A stretch of 32,000 bases of DNA from Candidatus Baldrarchaeota archaeon (GCA_019056805.1 DXJG01000002.1:253103-285102), one strand, 5' to 3'; counted from the stretch's first letter, positions 8,832-18,044 are shown. The notes: generated from the sequence alone by a model not told the origin. Made by a program: numbers and translations.

Positions 8832-9039
8832 AATCTAAACCCTTCATAACAGATTAAACTACCTAAACATGAAAAATTTAAAATTTAAATGCAACGCAAC
8901 CCACATACTTTTTAACTTAACTCATCAACACAAAGTACAATGTAATAACTTGATAATTAACTGGATAAAGCACAATTTTAACACGACAACACACAGCTTG
9001 TTAATAATCACTTAAAAAGGGAATACACGAGGGATCTAA

Positions 9040-10560
9040 GTGCCATTAACCCTTGAAAACCCAAAATATCGTGAAATGTTCAAAAAAGCAAAGAACATCG
9101 CAGAAAAATACCTTGAGCAGAAACAAAAAACGTTAATAGTATGCCATGGAGATGGTGATGGAGTAAGCAGCGGGGTTCTAACATACATAGCCCTATGGAA
9201 ACATGAAACTCCGGTGGAATATATCGTAACAAGGGAATTAACGCCTCCCATACTAGCACAAATAAAGCAAAAATACAAAGAGGAAGATTGTGAAAGAATA
9301 ATATTCTGCGACATAGGAGCGGGAAAAGAAAAAGAAATAGAAAAACAATATATGAACTATATAATCTTAGATCATCACGAACCTCAATTTAAACAATCAG
9401 AACGACACCTAAACCCAATATATCATAACATAAACGACCTAACGGAATGTTCAGGAAGTGTAACAGCCTATTTGGCAATCTATCACCTATATGATGAAGA
9501 GTTTTGGAAAACAAGATGGGGAAAATGGATAACAGCACTAGCGGTACTAGGAGCAGTAGCAGACCTACAAAATATAAAATACGGACGTCTGATTGGACTA
9601 AATAGAGAAATCCTAAAATTCGCTAAACAAATAGGAGCTGTAGAATATAAATTTGACATAGGATTTTACGGAAGATACACAAGACCCTTACCAGTAGCAA
9701 TAGCATATCATAGCCCCAAACTTCCAGAGCCGCTAAATGACGTCTCAAAATGTGCATCATGGCTCAAAAAACAAGGCTTACAACTAACAGAAGAAAAATA
9801 TAATGGAACATATTGGAGAAGGATCATAGACTTAAGTGAAGAAGAAAAACAACAGCTATTGGAAACCCTTGAAAAATACCTGAAAGAAACAGTTGATTCA
9901 AGCGATCTACAAGAATACTTAGAATCTCTAAAAAACGAGGTATATGACATAGTAGTATTTGAAGAAACAGAACTTAAAGAATTCAGCTTAGACCCAAGAG
10001 AAATAGCAACCTTCTTAAATAGTTGTACAAGACAAGGAGACAACGAAACAGCATTCAATCTGCTTTTCGCAGCATATGATGCAGTAGAAAAAGCAGCAAA
10101 ACACTACAAAATATACAAGGGAATAATAAAAGAAGCGTTAGAAGCAGTTCGAGAAGGACTAATAGAACCAATACAATATAGAAATTTCATATTCTATAAT
10201 TATGGTAATCTCATAAATGAAAAGACCACAGGCATAATAGCAACAAACCTTCTAAAACAAAAAATCTCAAAACAACAAAAACCACATGTAGTAGCTGCCC
10301 TACACACAGATCCGAAAATGCGCGGAATGCTAAAAATAAGCTTCAGAGCTCCACTAAACTACCAAGAGCTAAAAAATAAACAAGGAAAACAACTCAACAT
10401 AGGAGAATTCTTTCAACAATTGAGAGAAAAACTAAAACACGAAGATCCTAGAACAGATGGAGGAGGACATAAAACCGCAGCAGCAATAACAATACCCACG
10501 AAACAACTAAAACAAGTCCTAGAACAACTAGACAAACACCTAGACCAATACACAACATAA
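9040..10560 (+). CDS. DHH/DHHA1 phosphoesterase, RecJ/Cdc45-like
   Basis: CHGDGDG, CDIG, LDHH, AVADLQ and C-terminal GGGH (DHHA1). GTG start. Confidence 0.88.
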   Translation: MPLTLENPKYREMFKKAKNIAEKYLEQKQKTLIVCHGDGDGVSSGVLTYIALWKHETPVEYIVTRELTPPILAQIKQKYKEEDCERIIFCDIGAGKEKEIEKQYMNYIILDHHEPQFKQSERHLNPIYHNINDLTECSGSVTAYLAIYHLYDEEFWKTRWGKWITALAVLGAVADLQNIKYGRLIGLNREILKFAKQIGAVEYKFDIGFYGRYTRPLPVAIAYHSPKLPEPLNDVSKCASWLKKQGLQLTEEKYNGTYWRRIIDLSEEEKQQLLETLEKYLKETVDSSDLQEYLESLKNEVYDIVVFEETELKEFSLDPREIATFLNSCTRQGDNETAFNLLFAAYDAVEKAAKHYKIYKGIIKEALEAVREGLIEPIQYRNFIFYNYGNLINEKTTGIIATNLLKQKISKQQKPHVVAALHTDPKMRGMLKISFRAPLNYQELKNKQGKQLNIGEFFQQLREKLKHEDPRTDGGGHKTAAAITIPTKQLKQVLEQLDKHLDQYTT

Positions 10561-10593
10561 AACAATCAAAACCTACAACAAAGGTGCAAATCC

Positions 10594-11313
10594 TTGACAA
10601 AAAATGAGAAACAAAAGATAAGAGAATATATCTGGAACAAAATGGAAGAAGAAAGAATAGCCAGATTTCCCTTACCATGCAAAGGCCGAATACCAAATTT
10701 CATCGGAGCAGAAAAAGCAGCTGAAAAACTCAGACAACTACCAGAATATAAAAACTCAAAAATCATCTTTTGTAACCCTGATTCTCCTCAAAGACCCGTA
10801 AGGGAAATGATATTAAAAGACGGTAAAATCCTTGTAATGGCCACACCCAGACTGAAAGAAGGCCTCTTAATCCTAGATCCTTCAAAAATTCCAAAAAACA
10901 AGTATAGAGAAGCATCCACTATTCGAGGCGCATTTAGGTGGGGTACAAAAATACACCCTTCAAAAATAAAAATTGATATAAAAATCACAGGTTCAGTTGC
11001 TGTATCTCCAAAAGGCGGCAGAGTCGGAAAAGGAGGCGGTTACAGCGATCTAGAGTACGGAATCCTAAGAGAGTATCATGCAATAGACGAGAAAACCCCA
11101 GTTATTACTACAGTCCACGATATTCAAATAGTTAATAATATTCCAATGACAGAACATGACATGCCCATAGACATTATAATAACATCTACAAAAATAATTA
11201 GAACAAATACAAAATACAAAAAACCAAAGGGAATCCTATGGGAACATCTTCCAAAAGAAAAAATCAAACAAATTCCACTAATAAAACATCTAAGAAAAAA
11301 CACAAACACCTAA
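10594..11313 (+). CDS. 5-formyltetrahydrofolate cyclo-ligase family protein
   Basis: GRIPNFIGAE, NPDSPQRPVR, GSVAVSPKGGRVGKGGGYSDLEY, HDMPIDII. Confidence 0.9.
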   Translation: MTKNEKQKIREYIWNKMEEERIARFPLPCKGRIPNFIGAEKAAEKLRQLPEYKNSKIIFCNPDSPQRPVREMILKDGKILVMATPRLKEGLLILDPSKIPKNKYREASTIRGAFRWGTKIHPSKIKIDIKITGSVAVSPKGGRVGKGGGYSDLEYGILREYHAIDEKTPVITTVHDIQIVNNIPMTEHDMPIDIIITSTKIIRTNTKYKKPKGILWEHLPKEKIKQIPLIKHLRKNTNT

Positions 11314-11366
11314 CCTACATTATCCCTCCTAAATACCATTAAATAGTAAATGTAGTGTGTAAGTCG

Positions 11367-12320
11367 TTAAACGTCTTCTATGCCTTGTTCTGTTATTCTA
11401 AAAACTACTTCGCTTTCGGGAAGGTAGGGACTGTCAACTAGTCTGGCTATTCTTCTTTCTTGTTTGCTTTTTCTTAAATATACTCTTGTTGTGCATGAGT
11501 GAGCAAGAATATGTCCACCTGTAGCCTCTGTGGGATCACCGAAGAAAACAGCGGGTCTAGCCATAACTTGGTTCGTTACAACAACAGCTACATTGAAAAC
11601 CTCAGCAATACGAAGCAAAGCATGTAAATGCTTATTTAACTTCTGTTGCCGCTCAGCAAGCATCCCCCTACCGCCATACTCAGCCCTAAAGTGACCCATA
11701 ACACTATCAACAATCAACAAACCAATATTCATCTCAGGAATCAAATCCTTAGCCTTCTCAACAAGCAACATCTGATGATCACTATTATAGGCTCTAGCAG
11801 CTAAAACATTCCTTAAAACTTCTTTCGGATCCAAATTGAATCGCGGAGCCATCTGAACGATACGCTCAGGTCTAAAGGTGCCTTCCGTATCAATATAAAT
11901 AACTCCGCGATCCAAACCACCTTTATCTTCAGGCAATTGCACAGTTACACACAACTGATGGGCGATCTGAGTCTTTCCAGTCCTATATGCACCAAAAAAC
12001 TCAGTAATTCCACGGGTTTCGATTCCACCACCAAGAAGATCATCTAAACTCTTGCTACCCGTAGTAATTCTATGAATCTCCATCCTTTCAGCCCAAACTT
12101 CTTCTGCTGAAACAAAACCAATCCCAACAGCTTTCCTAGCTTCCTCAACAATTTTCGCCGCTACACCTTCGCCAATAGAAAGCGTAGCAGCTAATTCTCT
12201 AGGAGAAGCAACAGCAATTGCTTCAACACTACCAAAACCATTCTCAACCAGCTTCTTAGCTATTGCCGGTCCAACACCAGGCAAATCTTTAATATCCAAA
12301 ACTTTTTTAGTCCGAGCCAC
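11367..12320 (-). CDS. radA: DNA recombinase RadA (317 aa from GTG at 12320)
   Basis: N-terminal HhH DLPGVGPA, Walker [22 protein letters not shown], Walker B LLIVDS, TNQV. AGGAG upstream of the GTG. The ORF-track extension to 12503 overlaps the tRNA and is not real. Confidence 0.96.
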   Translation of the reverse strand: MARTKKVLDIKDLPGVGPAIAKKLVENGFGSVEAIAVASPRELAATLSIGEGVAAKIVEEARKAVGIGFVSAEEVWAERMEIHRITTGSKSLDDLLGGGIETRGITEFFGAYRTGKTQIAHQLCVTVQLPEDKGGLDRGVIYIDTEGTFRPERIVQMAPRFNLDPKEVLRNVLAARAYNSDHQMLLVEKAKDLIPEMNIGLLIVDSVMGHFRAEYGGRGMLAERQQKLNKHLHALLRIAEVFNVAVVVTNQVMARPAVFFGDPTEATGGHILAHSCTTRVYLRKSKQERRIARLVDSPYLPESEVVFRITEQGIEDV

Positions 12321-12450
12321 AAAACCACAACTCCTAACAATCACTAAAACAACCAAAAAGCAACTTAAAAACCTACCGAAAACTACGACAACACAATATA
12401 AAAAACTATCAAAACACCAATATTCAACAAATAAACCAAATAAAAAACAA

Positions 12451-12644
12451 TGGTCGGCCCGCCGGGATTTGAACCCGGGACCTCTACCGGAATCCAATGA
12501 CAAATTGGATCCTGGCGGTGTCTGCGATGTTCGAGCGGCGGCTAAAGTTAAGTAAACGCCTTGCTAGGCGTTTTCTACAGCTTCGGTCTCCAATTCCCAG
12601 AATGGGAACTGGAGTCGCCCGCTCTGCCACTGAGCTACGGGCCG
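12451..12644 (-). tRNA. tRNA-Tyr(GUA) with three introns and encoded CCA
   Basis: Exons 12644-12616, 12581-12575, 12519-12514 and 12483-12451 join to a 75-nt cloverleaf CGGCCCGUAGCUCAGUGGCAGAGCGGGCGGCUGUAGACCGCCAGGUCCCGGGUUCAAAUCCCGGCGGGCCGACCA. It has C1:G72 and A73 (archaeal Tyr identity) and loop CUGUAGA. Introns are 34, 55 and 30 nt with BHB-like junctions. Confidence 0.92.
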
Positions 12645-12669
12645 GGACTTTTTTAGATCTTGGGGATTG

Positions 12670-12675
12670 TTTTAA
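12670..12675 (-). promoter_or_regulatory. TATA box of tRNA-Tyr gene
   Basis: TTAAAA on the minus strand, 26-31 nt upstream of tRNA position 1. Confidence 0.55.
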
Positions 12676-12971
12676 CTATGTCATAGTGATAGTTTTCATC
12701 AGAATTTATATTTTTTGCGGTTTTTATCTTTGTTTTTTGTTTAGCTGGTTTTGGTTAGAGGTTAAAGTATGTTTTTTCAGCGATTGTGTCTATTGTATCA
12801 ATAATATTTTTCGGGAGTGTTCAATAATTCACCTATACAGCTACTCCACAACGATCCTTAAGCAGCAAAAAAGCCTTAGAAGTGTTCCTGTCTTTTGTTT
12901 TCATCCTTAGGTACTTTTGTTAGGGGGAGAGGAAGAATCGAAAAAGAATTAGAGGTAAAGGAAAGAGTTAG

Positions 12972-13145
12972 ATGTACTCTAAAAAGTTTGTATACAGAAA
13001 AGATTACGAGAGGAAGCTTGGAGAAAAGAGTTTTTACTCAAACTTAGTAAGTAGTATAGTTCTCGTATGTTTAGTTTTGGTTATCTCCCTACTTTATCTG
13101 AGTCGTATCCAGCAAGATAATGTTACATTAAACCAGATTTTTTAA
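12972..13145 (+). CDS. Candidate small single-pass membrane protein (57 aa, not in ORF track)
   Basis: MYSKKFVYRKDYERKLGEKSFYSNLVSSIVLVCLVLVISLLYLSRIQQDNVTLNQIF*: basic N-terminus then an approximately 20-aa hydrophobic stretch. Confidence 0.3.
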   Translation: MYSKKFVYRKDYERKLGEKSFYSNLVSSIVLVCLVLVISLLYLSRIQQDNVTLNQIF

Positions 13146-13225
13146 CAGTATTAAAAATAATATCCGTATCCAATAAAACTAAATATTTTCCTTCCAATCC
13201 TAAAATACTCAATGCTTAATAGTTT

Positions 13226-15835
13226 ATGTGTATGGAGGAGGTTACTCTGAGCATTAAACAAAATATGATGTTCAAAAGAGACCGTAAAAATCTACGTAAG
13301 TACTTTTTCATTTCTGTTATAACTTTCTTACCGCTGTATGTGGAATTTATTTTCTTTGCAAACTCTGCATTCATGGAACCGGTATTCAGTTTCATTCAGA
13401 GCCTAGTTCAGCTTGTTGTCGACTGGAGTAAAACATACCTGCGATTACTCGTAGATAATCCTGTAAATATAATAGCAATGCAAACACCAACAAACAACAT
13501 ATCTAGGGGGACGCCAGTTGAAGAGAGGACAGAGACAGGAAACACAACGGTAAGAGGTAGAGTAATTGGAACAACATCAGCAGATAAGAAATATTCGATA
13601 TGGCATTCACTAAGATACCTAGGAGACAATAATGCATCTGACAAGTTCCCCTCATATACTAGGGCTGCCGTAAACTTAGCAAAGATATCTGCCAAACTTC
13701 ATGCAGCCATAGGCAACAAACATATAGAATTCCTACCCCTAACAACAGAACTCTTAGCGTACAGCACAAATGACGGTGAACTATATTGGGTAAATCTCAA
13801 CGAATATGACCCAAGAAAACCTGTAAAGATCTTTAATAAAAATGGAAACGTAATACGGACCGAATTCATACCTCTTGGGATTTCTAGAAGGATAATATTA
13901 GCGTATAAAGGAGAACATATCGACGGAAAACTTGAGGTTAAGTACGCACCGATCATTCAAGTTAACGTGGAAAGCAGCAACACAAAGCTGTTAAACGAAG
14001 ATACACTGAGAGCAGTATTCAACGAAGAAAAAGGAAATATTCTTTCTTATGATAAGATAAACGAGAACCTAGAGCTATGGGTTAAGGAGTCAGATGGAAA
14101 AGCAAAGAAAGAGTTGATGAATAAAGCCGGATTTCCGCAGTGGCTTCTAGACTATGTTAAGGAGAAAGGAGTCACAGAAGTTTCAGAGTTAACGTACGGA
14201 TCATTAAGGGAAGCTGCTGAACTTGAGTTGAGAAAGAAGAGAGAAGAAAACATACAGGAGAGAGTTAGAAAGGCTCTCATAAATATGGGTTTAAATGTCG
14301 AATTCTCTTCAGACCACACGTTTAACATGGAGTTTAATGGAGTGATAAGCAAAAATCTAGATATTCTCGGAAAATTTGAAAATAAAGAGTTTAAAACGGG
14401 GACAATATTTTTAGGCTCTTCGAAATTTGATGAAAACCTCAACACATATGCCGATAGCAGAAAAGATGCCGATAACTATGTCTCCTTTAACTCAGAAGTA
14501 GCTAAACCACTTGTAGGTGGAGACAAGACATACCCAGATGGCAGATGGTCTTCACAAAATCTAAGAGAGCACTTCAACCCAGACATATACAAAGTTGTGA
14601 GAGAATTCCTTACTACAGAAGTCAAAACATACGCTGAAGAGATGCCTCTAAGCGGATTTGGAGGCTTAACAATATTCCTTAAGAGAACCGAGAAAACAGG
14701 AGGTTATCCTGACTTCTTCTACCTTCAAAGAAAGGCAAGTTCCGTGGGATCACCAATATTGGCAAATCCACTAGGCAGACAAGCCTTAGAAAAAATGGAT
14801 ACGGAAATAACAACGGTATTAAGTCACGCTGTACGTAAAGGCTGTGAAACCATTAAAGTTAAAGATTTTTTAAAGGTTTCAATCCTGCATGCCTACAGAC
14901 TTGCCCTACTTTACGGTTTAGATCCAACTAAAGTTGAATTCAAAATTAAAGGAACTGAAGGACTGAAAATAACTGTAACGCTGAAAGAACTATTCGAAAA
15001 TAGGAAAAAATTCGAAGTTTTCAGCAAGAAGTCCAAAGTAGACTGCATGGTAGTTCCGAAGATGCTTGAGATAAACAGCAAAAGGATCGACGGTAAAGCG
15101 TTAATAGAGGCACTAACAGATCTGAAATTTAACGAAGTTGGAGGCACTGAGGATAAGTATCTAGTGCGAGTTGAAGAATTCCCCAAAATATATGAGAAAA
15201 GCGACGATGAAGAAATAGACTTGGTAATAAAGAAATCTATGTCCGTTGGAAAACCGATAACGAAAACCGTTGAACAAATATTCGGAAAAACACATCTGAG
15301 GGATGTAGGACTTATAACCGAAATCCTTGGAACACATATAGAGAACCATCCGGTACTTAAGCTGATGAGGGAACTAGGACCCCTAGTGGAACCACAAGGT
15401 AACTTCAAAGGTTTACACACTAACATGGCTCTCGCTGCATACAAGTATGCTTTCCTACTTGCAGAGGTTGAAGAACTGATATATACAATAGATAAGAAAT
15501 TAGAGGAAGGTAATCTCAGCAAAGAGCAGGAAATTTACCTAAAGAGGATTAGGGAAGATCTCACTGAACAGAGATACGATTGGATGGACGGAGTCAAAAA
15601 TTTTGTCAAGCAAAAGACAGAGAAAACAACGTATGGAAGACCTACAAACCTCCTCTACAAACTTTCAAGAAGGTTCTTCACAACGAGAATGGAAATCGAA
15701 GAATCTACTAAAATAACAAAGAACTTTAACCTTACTTATGGAGAAGTTAATAGTCCGATACTTCGAAAGAACAACAATATAAACTTTAACTTTTTAATTA
15801 CAAAAGGAGGTATTGTTGTTAACCGATCCAGATAA
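13226..15835 (+). CDS. Large hypothetical protein (up to 869 aa), possible N-terminal membrane anchor
   Basis: 2.6-kb open frame. Basic then hydrophobic N-terminus (KRDRKNLRKYFFISVITFLPLYVEFIFF). No family recognised. Confidence 0.8.
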   Translation: MCMEEVTLSIKQNMMFKRDRKNLRKYFFISVITFLPLYVEFIFFANSAFMEPVFSFIQSLVQLVVDWSKTYLRLLVDNPVNIIAMQTPTNNISRGTPVEERTETGNTTVRGRVIGTTSADKKYSIWHSLRYLGDNNASDKFPSYTRAAVNLAKISAKLHAAIGNKHIEFLPLTTELLAYSTNDGELYWVNLNEYDPRKPVKIFNKNGNVIRTEFIPLGISRRIILAYKGEHIDGKLEVKYAPIIQVNVESSNTKLLNEDTLRAVFNEEKGNILSYDKINENLELWVKESDGKAKKELMNKAGFPQWLLDYVKEKGVTEVSELTYGSLREAAELELRKKREENIQERVRKALINMGLNVEFSSDHTFNMEFNGVISKNLDILGKFENKEFKTGTIFLGSSKFDENLNTYADSRKDADNYVSFNSEVAKPLVGGDKTYPDGRWSSQNLREHFNPDIYKVVREFLTTEVKTYAEEMPLSGFGGLTIFLKRTEKTGGYPDFFYLQRKASSVGSPILANPLGRQALEKMDTEITTVLSHAVRKGCETIKVKDFLKVSILHAYRLALLYGLDPTKVEFKIKGTEGLKITVTLKELFENRKKFEVFSKKSKVDCMVVPKMLEINSKRIDGKALIEALTDLKFNEVGGTEDKYLVRVEEFPKIYEKSDDEEIDLVIKKSMSVGKPITKTVEQIFGKTHLRDVGLITEILGTHIENHPVLKLMRELGPLVEPQGNFKGLHTNMALAAYKYAFLLAEVEELIYTIDKKLEEGNLSKEQEIYLKRIREDLTEQRYDWMDGVKNFVKQKTEKTTYGRPTNLLYKLSRRFFTTRMEIEESTKITKNFNLTYGEVNSPILRKNNNINFNFLITKGGIVVNRSR

Positions 15836-15965
15836 AAAAGGAAGTTTAGACGCAAATTTTTTCTTTGCTAAACATAATATCAGGTTTAGTTGCTTATTTT
15901 ATGCCTCTACTTTCTTTGAGTAGTAAACTACGATTTTTTATAAGAGTAAGTATTGAATAATTTGC

Positions 15966-17795
15966 TTATTTGAGGACGTCTAGTATTATGTTGTTTTCAT
16001 CGATTACTACGCTTATGTAGTCGCCGATTTCTTTGGATAGTATTAGGTAGATGTCTTCATCGTCTAGTTGTTCAACTTTAGCTAAAACGTGGACTATGGT
16101 TGAGTTTCCAATATCTATGTCCAACCATATACGTGTGTTTCCATTCTCAACATATTCGTATTTTGCAACTATGGTTCCGTTCACAGTTCTTTGTGCGGTT
16201 CCCTTTTTAATCATGATGTAAGCTGCTTGTACAGCTTCTTTCATTCCACCGACATCGGCGCAGCGAACACGAATGCAAGTTCTATCGGTAGCTCTAACTA
16301 AGGCGAAGAAAGATGGTGTATAGTGACCTGTATCTTCATCGTAAATGAATATTGGTATATGGTAGTAGAGCTCGGTGTTTATTCTGTATAGTAGAGCTAG
16401 AGGTGTTGAATAATAGCGGCCTTCAGGTAAGGATGGTAGTTCTGCTTTTGCGACTCTTTTTGCTTCTGCTGGAGATATAAGAGCCATATGATCTAGACTG
16501 TATAGGTAAATACCGTCTTTTTTGGCTATTATTACGAATTCAAGTAGACTTGGATTACGTTTATTGCAGAACAGGTATACTGCAACCAGTTCTCCATTCC
16601 ATATCTGGTATCTGAGTCCTTCTGGTTCAGCTGGGCTACCTGATCTATCACTATATATTGGTATACCGTTCCAAAAGTTTAGATCGTTTTCAGCTGTCCA
16701 TCTGAAGTCTCCAAAGGCATCTCCCATTCTTTCAAGCCATTCTTCATCCCATCTCTGAACAACCCAGTCTGGAGCATCTTTTGGACTATATTGACCAAGT
16801 AAAGTTCCAGTAACTGGATCCCATATATGAACCATGGGATTTATCAAAGGTCCGAAGGGAATTTCATAATAACTGGTTGTTACATAAACAAGCTTTTCCG
16901 TCTCTGGGTTCCATGTCAAATAAGCGCGACTAAAAGTTCTTAGAGGGAACATGTTTTGAGCATGGACTCTAATATCTTTATTAAACCACAATCCTTCTCC
17001 ATATTCAGCCTCCATTGGTATTATTTGAGCTCTTTCACCAGTTGCATCCGTAACCGGTATAATTATAATTTCTCGAAGCTTGTTGCTGTCACCTAATAGA
17101 AAAGAGCCGAGTACTGGAGGTTCACTTATTGTAGCTATCCAGCATAATTCACCCCTATACATACCTAAATGAACACTAGTAACCCAGGAAGCGGCGCTTG
17201 TTTTCTTCATCTCGGCTATAGATCTAGCTACACTACTCGTGGTTACCCTAAGTTCTTCCACATCTACTTCTGGAAAAAGAGTGGCATTCCCAACTGACAT
17301 AACTTTAAAGTAATTCTTCATGGTAGTTGCTCTTGCAAAACCTATTGACCTGCCAAGTAGCCCAGGTAATCCGAAAAGTGCATTAAACAATATAATTAGT
17401 AAAAGGACGGTGAGCAAGAGTTTCTTTGAAAAAGAGAACGTCTTTTGGCCTACTTTTTTGGTATGGGTTTGATATCTAGATTTTAACATGTCTCTGAACC
17501 TAATGTTTGGATTCTTGGATGCAATGGCCGCCAGGTTTTTAGCCATTAGAAACGATATAGCGAATACAAACAGTCTTATAAAAACAAGCCAGATACAGTA
17601 TATATGTGCCGGAATAAGCAATGTGGCACAGCCATGAGCAAAACCTACAAGTATAAGAAACACAAGGGTGACAAGCAATAAGGATCTGGGAAATATAAAG
17701 TTAGGTTTTGCTTTTCTGATTTTGTTTTCAATGAACTTAAGATCAAGAATCCAGCTAGCCCAAGCAGCCGTAGTTATGTAAATCGATATAAACAT
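15966..17795 (-). CDS. Hypothetical membrane protein (609 aa), N-terminal TM helices plus large soluble domain
   Basis: About 4 hydrophobic segments in the first ~150 aa; remainder hydrophilic and aromatic-rich. Confidence 0.8.
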   Translation of the reverse strand: MFISIYITTAAWASWILDLKFIENKIRKAKPNFIFPRSLLLVTLVFLILVGFAHGCATLLIPAHIYCIWLVFIRLFVFAISFLMAKNLAAIASKNPNIRFRDMLKSRYQTHTKKVGQKTFSFSKKLLLTVLLLIILFNALFGLPGLLGRSIGFARATTMKNYFKVMSVGNATLFPEVDVEELRVTTSSVARSIAEMKKTSAASWVTSVHLGMYRGELCWIATISEPPVLGSFLLGDSNKLREIIIIPVTDATGERAQIIPMEAEYGEGLWFNKDIRVHAQNMFPLRTFSRAYLTWNPETEKLVYVTTSYYEIPFGPLINPMVHIWDPVTGTLLGQYSPKDAPDWVVQRWDEEWLERMGDAFGDFRWTAENDLNFWNGIPIYSDRSGSPAEPEGLRYQIWNGELVAVYLFCNKRNPSLLEFVIIAKKDGIYLYSLDHMALISPAEAKRVAKAELPSLPEGRYYSTPLALLYRINTELYYHIPIFIYDEDTGHYTPSFFALVRATDRTCIRVRCADVGGMKEAVQAAYIMIKKGTAQRTVNGTIVAKYEYVENGNTRIWLDIDIGNSTIVHVLAKVEQLDDEDIYLILSKEIGDYISVVIDENNIILDVLK

Positions 17796-17974
17796 AATAT
17801 TTTCCTCCCTAAAGAATCCTTCTCCCCGCGAATTTATAAGTTTTTTTCCTTTTAATAATCTTAACTATTATGTAACATTATTTGCTGCCAAAGTTTTCTT
17901 AATAGGCCAGAAGGGAGCAAGTCAAATATCACGATGTTACCGACACTAATTTAAAAAGAACATAAATTCCTATT

Positions 17975-18044
17975 TTTGAGGGATGAGGATATGAGAGTCA
18001 GGTGAGTAGATAAACGATGAACTGAATATCAATCCGACCTCAAA
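17975..18044 (+). ncRNA. Box C/D guide sRNA (probable target LSU rRNA helix 69)
   Basis: Terminal stem TTTGAGG/CCTCAAA and 3-nt bulge GAT. C ATGAGGA (17983-89), 12-nt guide TATGAGAGTCAG, D' GTGA, C' ATGAAC, guide TGAATATCAAT, D CCGA (18034-37). Box deviations are compensatory. TTTAAAA at 17950-56 upstream. Confidence 0.8.

Noticed and set aside
12520-12574. Box C/D guide inside tRNA intron 2 (as in euryarchaeal tRNA-Trp)
   Set aside because: No RUGAUGA- or CUGA-like box pair is present.
12609-12619. Apparent tRNA-Trp anticodon arm (GGCGA-CU-CCA-G)
   Set aside because: The CCA triplet lies in the stem of intron 1. No matching 3' anticodon strand exists for it, whereas the Tyr parse gives a perfect 5-bp stem and C1:G72/A73 identity.
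12321-12910. N-terminal extension of the radA ORF and ORF 12497-12910
   Set aside because: Both overlap the tRNA gene and low-complexity intergenic DNA. RadA homology starts at GTG 12320.
12644-17795. Integrated mobile element at the tRNA
   Set aside because: No integrase, no repeat of the tRNA 3' end, and the orphans lie on the 5' side of the tRNA.
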